Shown here one piece after another: positions 57,269-64,000 of a stretch of 64,000 bases of DNA. The number at the start of each line of letters is the position of its first letter. Position 1 is the first letter of the stretch. Below the pieces are notes generated by a model that worked only from the letters and a program-made list of their open reading frames with translations, did not search any database and was not told the DNA's origin. Source of the DNA: Deinococcus sp. (GTDB lineage Bacteria > Deinococcota > Deinococci > Deinococcales > Deinococcaceae); NCBI GenBank assembly GCA_965261005.1, contig OZ253375.1, positions 2,080,001-2,144,000 of the forward strand, read 5' to 3'. A program made the translations under genes and the position numbers.

Positions 57269-57293
57269 ACCAAGCCAAAACTTCTCGGTCTTT

Positions 57294-57335
57294 CTCCCCT
57301 CTCCCCCTGCGGGAGAGGGGCCGGGGGTGAGGGGG
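57294..57335. repeat. REP-like palindromic element
   Basis: CCCCTCTCCC-CCTGC-GGGAGAGGGG-CC-GGGGGTGAGGGG between the binding-protein and permease genes. Confidence 0.7.
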
Positions 57336-57376
57336 CTACCGAGCATGCTTGAGAAACACGCCCAAAGTCGGCCCGT

Positions 57377-58312
57377 ATGAGCAGTGTGCCGTCGGTCGCT
57401 CCCGCGCGCCCCGCCCGGCGCGGCCTCAGCCTGAAGCAGCGCCAGGCCCGGACGGCCTACACCTTCCTGATCGTCCCGCTGCTGTTCTTTCTGATCGTGC
57501 GCTTCGTGCCGACCCTCAGCGCGCTGCGGCTGAGTTTGTACGAGTACAGCATTCTGGGCGAAAGCCGGCCCTTCGTGGGGTTGGAGAACTACCGTCAGCT
57601 CGCGGCGGACGCCACCTTCGGGCGGGCGCTGCTGAACACCGCCCTGTACACCCTGATCGGCGTGCCCGCTCAGGTGGTGCTGGGCCTGGCGGTGGCGCTG
57701 CTGCTTTCGCGGGTGACCCTGCTGCGCGGCCTCTACCGGGCGCTGTACTTCGCCCCCTACGTCACGCCCATCGTGGCGGCGGCCTGGGTGTGGCAGTGGG
57801 TCTTCAGCCCGCAGTTCGGGCCGGTCAACACCTTTTTGGTGGCGCTGCACCTGCCGCCGCAGAACTTCCTGAACTCACCCGCCCAAGCGCTGCCCACCGC
57901 CGCCGCGCTGGTGGTGTGGCAGAATTTGGGCTTTCAGATCGTGCTGTTTCTGGCGGGCTTGGCGGCCATTCCGCGCACCTTTTACGAGGCGGCCGAAATT
58001 GACGGCGGCACGCCTTGGCAAGTCTTTTCGCGCGTCACCCTGCCGCTGCTGAACCCCACCATCGTCTTCAGCGTCGTGACCGGCACCATCGGCTACCTGC
58101 AACTGTTCACGCAGGTCGTCAACCTCAACTTCACCGACCAAGGCGGGCCGCTCGGCAGCACCCTGACGGTGGCGCTGTACATCTACCAAATGGCCTTCGG
58201 GCGCTTCCAGATGGGCTTCGCGGCGGCCATGACGGTGGTCCTGTTCGTGATTATTCTTATTATCACCCTGCTGCAACTGCGCTTCCTGACGCGCCGGTTC
58301 GAGTACTCGTGA
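57377..58312 (+). CDS. Carbohydrate ABC permease (MalF-like)
   Basis: FVGLENY, FLAGLAAIP..FYEAAEIDG, VTLPLLNP. Confidence 0.92.
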   Translation: MSSVPSVAPARPARRGLSLKQRQARTAYTFLIVPLLFFLIVRFVPTLSALRLSLYEYSILGESRPFVGLENYRQLAADATFGRALLNTALYTLIGVPAQVVLGLAVALLLSRVTLLRGLYRALYFAPYVTPIVAAAWVWQWVFSPQFGPVNTFLVALHLPPQNFLNSPAQALPTAAALVVWQNLGFQIVLFLAGLAAIPRTFYEAAEIDGGTPWQVFSRVTLPLLNPTIVFSVVTGTIGYLQLFTQVVNLNFTDQGGPLGSTLTVALYIYQMAFGRFQMGFAAAMTVVLFVIILIITLLQLRFLTRRFEYS

Positions 58313-59154
58313 CGGCGGTTGCGCGGGGACGCTCCAAGCTGGGCACCACCTTGGCCTACGTCGTCCTGACCCTCGGCGTTGCCCTCACGCTGTTTCCCTT
58401 TTTATGGATGCTGCTGACCAGCTTCAAGGGCTTTCAGGAATTGTTCGACCTCTCGTTTCTGCCAAGCAGCCCCACGCTGGACAACTACCGCCAGGTGCTC
58501 GGCCAGACGGCCTACCTGCGCTGGTTCGGTAACAGTTTGCTGATCGCGGGCGTCGCGACCGCCAGCGTGCTGTTCTTCGACTCGCTGGTCGGCTACGCCC
58601 TGGAGAAGTTCGACTTTCCCGGCAAAAATGTTGTCTTTGTGCTGATCCTCTCCACGCTGATGATTCCGACCGAGATGCTGGTGCTGCCGTGGTACGTGGG
58701 TGTGGTGGACTTGGGGCTACAAAAGACCCCCCCCGGCGCCTACCTGGCCGTCCTGTTTCCCGGCTTGATGAGCGCTTTTGGGGTCTTCCTGATGCGGCAG
58801 TTCTTCTCCACCGTTCCCAACGACGTGCTGGAGGCCGCGCGCATTGACGGGATGGGCGAGTTCGGCATCTTTTGGCGTATTGCCCTGCCGCTGGTCCGGC
58901 CGGCGCTGGCGAGCCTGGCCATTTTCACCTTTCTGGGCAACTGGAATGCCTTTTTGTGGCCGCTGATCGCCATCCAGCAGCCGCAGTACCGCACCCTGCC
59001 GGTGGGCCTCGCCTTGTTCAGCGGCGAGGCGGGCACCCAGTGGGGCCTGATCATGGCGGCCTCCAGCCTCGCGGTCGTGCCGGTGCTGCTCGTCTTTGCG
59101 TTTTTCCAGCGACAGATCATCGAGGGGATCGTGCTGACGGGAATGAAGAGCTGA
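58309..59154 (+). CDS. Carbohydrate ABC permease (MalG-like)
   Basis: PFLWMLLTSFK, FLMRQFF, LEAARIDG, WNAFLWPL; GTGA overlap. Confidence 0.92.
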   Translation: MTAVARGRSKLGTTLAYVVLTLGVALTLFPFLWMLLTSFKGFQELFDLSFLPSSPTLDNYRQVLGQTAYLRWFGNSLLIAGVATASVLFFDSLVGYALEKFDFPGKNVVFVLILSTLMIPTEMLVLPWYVGVVDLGLQKTPPGAYLAVLFPGLMSAFGVFLMRQFFSTVPNDVLEAARIDGMGEFGIFWRIALPLVRPALASLAIFTFLGNWNAFLWPLIAIQQPQYRTLPVGLALFSGEAGTQWGLIMAASSLAVVPVLLVFAFFQRQIIEGIVLTGMKS

Positions 59155-59186
59155 GCATCCCGCCCCAAAGCACCTACAGTGGGGGC

Positions 59187-59894
59187 ATGACCACGACCTC
59201 TCCGGCTTCCCAGCAACTCCACTTTCACTCGGACGGCCGCGACCTGGAGGCTTACCTCGCCCGGCCGGAAGGGAAAGGCCCCTTTCCCGGCGTGGTGGTC
59301 ATCCACGAGATTTTCGGGCTGAACGACAACATCCGTGAGGTGGCGGGCCGCTTCGCGCGTGAGGGGTACGTGGCGATGGCGGTGGACTTGTTCGCGAACC
59401 AGAACCGCGCGGTGTGCATGGCGCGCCTGATGGGCGGGATGCTGCTCCGGCCGCTGGGGAACAGCGGCGTGCGCGACCTGAGCGCCGCCCTCGACCGGCT
59501 GATGGTACAGGACGGCGTGGACCCCACCCGCTTGGGGGCCATCGGCTTTTGTATGGGAGGCGGCCTGGCGCTGGCGCTCGCCTGCACCGACGGGCGCTTG
59601 GGGGCGGTGGCCCCCTACTACGGCACGAACCCGCGCCCGCTGGAGGCCGTGCGGCGCTCCTGCCCGGTGGTCGGCTCGTACCCCTCGCCGGACTTCACCA
59701 CGGCGGACGGCAAAAAGCTGGACGCCACCTTGGAGGAGTACGGCGTGCCGCACGACATCAAAATCTACCAAGGGACTAGGCACTCCTTTTTCAATGACCA
59801 CGGCCCCAGCTTCGATGAGGCGGCCAGCGAGGATTCCTGGCGGCGGGTGATGGACTTTTTCGGGGAGCACGTGGCGGGGGAGAAGACGGTTTAG
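59187..59894 (+). CDS. Dienelactone hydrolase family protein
   Basis: VVIHEIFGLN, IGFCMGG, YQGTRHSF; TACAGT 6 nt before ATG. Confidence 0.92.
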   Translation: MTTTSPASQQLHFHSDGRDLEAYLARPEGKGPFPGVVVIHEIFGLNDNIREVAGRFAREGYVAMAVDLFANQNRAVCMARLMGGMLLRPLGNSGVRDLSAALDRLMVQDGVDPTRLGAIGFCMGGGLALALACTDGRLGAVAPYYGTNPRPLEAVRRSCPVVGSYPSPDFTTADGKKLDATLEEYGVPHDIKIYQGTRHSFFNDHGPSFDEAASEDSWRRVMDFFGEHVAGEKTV

Positions 59895-59974
59895 CGCGCC
59901 AGGGAACCCCCCACCCCCGCAAGGGGGGAGGGGTGAAGTGAATTGAAATAGTCAACGCCGCAAAAGTCTTTCTC

Positions 59975-60607
59975 TCAGGTGTCCGCCGGCAGGACGGCTG
60001 CAAGCCAGTCCTGTACGTCAGCTAGGGTGCCCTCAACCGGCTTCGCGGACGTGTCCAGATGATGGATGTTGTCCCCACGGGCGCGCCGCAGGTGACCGTT
60101 AAAGGTCCGCATCGCCTGAATGAAGCCGTCGCCTCCCGATTCGCGCCACGCGGGCCGGCCCCGCAGGCGCGCGGCAAGCACGTCGTCCGGGCAGCTCAGC
60201 ACCAGAAAGGTCAGCCCGTCGAAGTAGCGGCCGAGGGGGTGCGCCCCCAGGTCGGCGGGCATGGCGCTGGTGAACAGCACGGTCGTGACCCGGCTCTGGT
60301 TCACGTTCAGGGCGGTGCGCAAGAGGGCGGCCCGGAAGGCGCCGTACCCGTCGTGGGGCGTGTCGTAGTGCGGTCCCCAGAGGATGTCGTTCTCGAAGCA
60401 GAAGAAGTCGGGCAGCCTGGGGGCCAAGCGCGCCGCCAAGGTGGACTTGCCGCTGCCGCTCGCGCCCGTGACGACCGGCAGCGGCCGAAAGCGAAAGGGC
60501 CGCGCGAGGTGACAGGTCGGGCAGACGGCCTCGGCCTGACCGGGCGCGGCGCGGCGAATCTCGTGGTCGAGGGCGGCCTCACCGCAGCGGGAGCAGATCA
60601 GGAACAT
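59975..60607 (-). CDS. P-loop small-molecule kinase with N-terminal Zn ribbon
   Basis: CSRC...CPTC then VTGASGSGKST; LAARLRGR lid; LDTS. Confidence 0.75.
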   Translation of the reverse strand: MFLICSRCGEAALDHEIRRAAPGQAEAVCPTCHLARPFRFRPLPVVTGASGSGKSTLAARLAPRLPDFFCFENDILWGPHYDTPHDGYGAFRAALLRTALNVNQSRVTTVLFTSAMPADLGAHPLGRYFDGLTFLVLSCPDDVLAARLRGRPAWRESGGDGFIQAMRTFNGHLRRARGDNIHHLDTSAKPVEGTLADVQDWLAAVLPADT

Positions 60608-60619
60608 GACGGGTTCAGC

Positions 60620-61167
<548 letters not shown>

Positions 61168-61171
<4 letters not shown>

Positions 61172-62166
61172 CGGTACTTTTCGATGTCGCGCAGGTGGGC
61201 GGCGTAGCTGGCGTTCACCCTCAGCGCGCCGTCCTTACCGTGCAGGAAGTACAGCGCTTGTTTCCCGTTCACCTCGCGCACGGGGTTCAGGACCGCCTTG
61301 AGGGCGGCCTCGCCGGGATTGTCAATCGGTCCCGGCGGCAGACCGGCGCGGGTGTAGGTGTTATAGGGGGTGTCCTTTTTGAAGTCGCCGGCCGAGCGGT
61401 CGAGTTGCGGCAAGTCCTTGCCCAGGCCGTAGGCGACGGTGGGGTCCGACCCCAGCGGCATGCCCGCGTCCAATCGGTTGAGAAAGACGCCGGCGATGGG
61501 GGCCATCTGCGCGTCGTCGCCGGCCTCGGCCTGGACCAAGCTCGCCAGCGTGACCCAGCCGCGCACGCTCAGGCCCAGCCGCTGGGCGGCGGCCACCCGC
61601 ACGGGGGTGAACTCGCGCCCCATGCGCGCGACGAGCGCCCGCGCGATCTCCTGCGGGGTCGCCTCCGGACGGAAGGGGTAGGTGGCGGGAAACACGAAGC
61701 CCTCCAGGTTGCCCCGCGCGTAGGGGCTGAGCGTGGCGTCCTCTAAGGCGGCGCGCAGGCTCGCGGCGCTGCCCAGGCCCGCCGCCTGAAAAATGGCGGG
61801 AAGGTCCTTTAAGCGCTTGCCCTCGGGAATGGTCACGGTCACGATGCGCGGCCGGCCCGGCTCGGCCAGCACGTCGGCCACCTGAAAGGCGCTCAGGTTG
61901 CCGGGCAAATCGTAGAGGCCGTCGCGCAGCTGCCCCTCGCTGCCGCGCAGCCGCATGATGGCGCGCAGCGCCCCCGCCGAGCGCACCACGCCGCGCTTCT
62001 CCAACTTGGCCGCGACCGCCCCCAGGGTCTCGCCGGGCTTCACCTCCAGCGTGATGGCGGGGCCGCCGGCCGGCCCGGTCAGCTGGCCCAGCGAGATCAG
62101 CGCGCCGACGCCGAGCAGTGCCAAGATAAAGACGACGGTCAGCAGCCAGCGCAGCGGCCGGCTCAC
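61168..62166 (-). CDS. mltG: Endolytic transglycosylase MltG
   Basis: N-terminal [52 protein letters not shown]. Confidence 0.92.
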
Positions 62167-63128
62167 GCGGTCTCCACCGCGCCGACGCCGTGCCGCGCCA
62201 AGCGCGCCCGCAAATCGGCGTCCACGGGGGCGCGCGCCCCGAAGCGGCCGACCACCCAGCCCGCCACGTCCACCGCACACTGGGCCGCCGCGAGCGGGTC
62301 GCCGAAGCGCAGCAAATGGCCCAGGTACGCGCCCCCAAAGGCGTCCCCCGCCCCGGTGGCGTCCACCACCGGGCCGCGGGTGGCGGGCACGGCCACGCTT
62401 TCCCGGCCGCGCAAGCCCAGCAGCGCCCCGCGCGCGTCGAGCTTGAGGGCCACCTCAGTTCCCGGAAAGCGCGCGAGCAGCCAGGCCAGCATCGCCCCCG
62501 GCTCGCTCTCGCCGCTGAGGGCGCGGGCCTCGTCGGCGTTGGGCAGCAGCAGATCGAAGGGAATTTGGTCCATCAGGCGCAAAAAATCGTCGCGGCCGAA
62601 CTGCTGGATCATCTGAAAGCTGCCGGGGTCGAGGGACACCGTGGCCCCGCCCGCCCGCGCCAACTCGGCCGCGCGCAAAGCGGCCCCCCTGGGCGGGTCG
62701 GAAAACAGGCTCCAAGCGGTCAGGTGCAAATGGCGTGCCGCGCGCAATTCTGCCTCCGGCAACTCCTGGGGCAGCAGAAACCAGTCGGCCCCCTGGCCCG
62801 ACAGCATGGCGCGCTGCCCCGTATTGTCAATCAGGGCCAGGATCACCCCCGTCAGGTGTTCGGGGGTGCTGACGACGTGGGGCGTCACGCCCTCGGCCTC
62901 CAGCGCCAGCACCGCCAACTCGCCGAAGCGGTCGCGGCCCACCTTGCCGACAAAGGCGCTGGGAGAGCCTACCCGCGCCGCCCACACCGCCAGATTGGCC
63001 GCGCTGCCGCCGCCCAGCAGCTCCAAGCGGCCGGTGGTGTCGCCGCCGGGAAGCAGCATGGTGTCGGGCTTGGCGAGCACGTCCCAAGTCAGGTCGCCGA
63101 GGGACACCAGGGGCGCGCGGGAAGTCAT
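62163..63128 (-). CDS. PfkB-family carbohydrate kinase
   Basis: [33 protein letters not shown]. Confidence 0.92.
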   Translation of the reverse strand: MTSRAPLVSLGDLTWDVLAKPDTMLLPGGDTTGRLELLGGGSAANLAVWAARVGSPSAFVGKVGRDRFGELAVLALEAEGVTPHVVSTPEHLTGVILALIDNTGQRAMLSGQGADWFLLPQELPEAELRAARHLHLTAWSLFSDPPRGAALRAAELARAGGATVSLDPGSFQMIQQFGRDDFLRLMDQIPFDLLLPNADEARALSGESEPGAMLAWLLARFPGTEVALKLDARGALLGLRGRESVAVPATRGPVVDATGAGDAFGGAYLGHLLRFGDPLAAAQCAVDVAGWVVGRFGARAPVDADLRARLARHGVGAVETA

Positions 63129-63174
63129 TCCCGGCATGATAACCGCTCGGGGCGAAGAACAAGCGGGGCCAGCT

Positions 63175-64000
63175 CTAACCGAGCAGCGCCTCCACCCGCG
63201 CCACCCCTGCCGCGACCTCCCCCGCCGTGCGGCCCACCACGTTCACGTGGCCGAGCTTGCGCCGGGGGCGGTTGGCCTTGCCGTACCAGTGAAGGCGCGC
63301 GCCGGGAATGCTCAGGAGGGCGTTCCAGTCGGGTTCAGCGCCTTCCCAGCCCAGGATGTTCACCATCGCGCAGGGCAACAGCGGCGCGAAGTCCTCCTGC
63401 GGCCAACCCAGGGCCGCGCGCAGCTGCGCCGTGAACTGGCTGACGCCGCCCCCGTCCTGGGTGAGGTGCAAGCTGTTGTGGGCGCGCGGGGCGATCTCGT
63501 TGACCAGCAGCTCGCCGCCCGGCAGCTCGAAGAACTCCAGCGTCAATAGGCCCTCCAGGCCCCACGCCTCGGCGGCGGTGCGCGCCGCCGCGCGGGCGCA
63601 AACCTCGACCCCCGGCCCCGACGCGGCGGGAAAGACCGAGCGCCGCAGGATGCCGTCCTTGTGGGTGTTTTCCACCAGGCCCGAGTAGGCCAGCTCCCCC
63701 CCCGGTGAGCGCGCGACCGCCAAGCTCACCTCGCGCACGAAGGGTACGACGCCTTCCAGCACGCACTCGGCGCCGGCCCCCTCGAAGGCGGCGCGCAGCT
63801 CGGCCTCACTGTTCACCCGCGCCTGCCCCTTGCCGTCGTAGCCGAGTTCGGCGGTCTTCAAGAGGCCGCGCCCGCCCACCTCTGCCAGCGCGCCCGGCAA
63901 GTCGGCCTCCGTGTTCAGGGTCACGTAGGGGGCGGTTCCCAGGCCCAGCGCGCGCAGGGCCTCTTTTTCGCGGGCGCGGTTGCTCGATATTCGCAGGATG
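63175..64000 (-). CDS. purK: N5-carboxyaminoimidazole ribonucleotide synthase (5' end outside window)
   Basis: [48 protein letters not shown]. Confidence 0.93.
   Translation of the reverse strand, partial: ILRISSNRAREKEALRALGLGTAPYVTLNTEADLPGALAEVGGRGLLKTAELGYDGKGQARVNSEAELRAAFEGAGAECVLEGVVPFVREVSLAVARSPGGELAYSGLVENTHKDGILRRSVFPAASGPGVEVCARAAARTAAEAWGLEGLLTLEFFELPGGELLVNEIAPRAHNSLHLTQDGGGVSQFTAQLRAALGWPQEDFAPLLPCAMVNILGWEGAEPDWNALLSIPGARLHWYGKANRPRRKLGHVNVVGRTAGEVAAGVARVEALLG

Noticed and set aside
63455..63500. PurK motif reads HNSLH instead of the usual HNSGH
   Set aside because: A single substitution in an otherwise intact gene; its significance cannot be judged without an alignment.

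Overview
GC-rich chromosomal window with Deinococcales hallmarks: about 18 genes have a TAnnnT -10 box 6-9 nt before the start codon (leaderless type), and Deinococcus-like small intergenic repeats and a bacillithiol-system YpdA are present. The backbone is housekeeping and metabolic: araB, glpK-glpD-gluconokinase, fumC, ypdA, dgt, xpaC-like/telA, nucleoside hydrolase, tRNA-Leu(UAA), surE, ROK kinase, a cobalamin-riboswitch-led ABC transporter, mltG and purK. Accessory content includes two toxin-antitoxin-like pairs, a DUF4153 + two-component cassette lying inside a set of three paralogous small helical proteins, a GMC oxidoreductase, an ECF sigma/zinc anti-sigma-propeller/YceI/DM13 module, and an ArgH-like lyase next to a sugar-type ABC transporter. 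The most notable non-coding signal is a modular repeat family (about 10 copies). One 113-bp member has the same terminal inverted repeats and the same 3-bp AAT/ATT target duplication as a complete IS5-family element 7 kb away, and that IS has itself inserted into another member. Three gene remnants (hsdR-like, dmpA-like, DUF3858-like) lie at or near these repeats. No CRISPR array, rRNA or prophage is visible. All calls come from reading motifs by eye; no searches were run.
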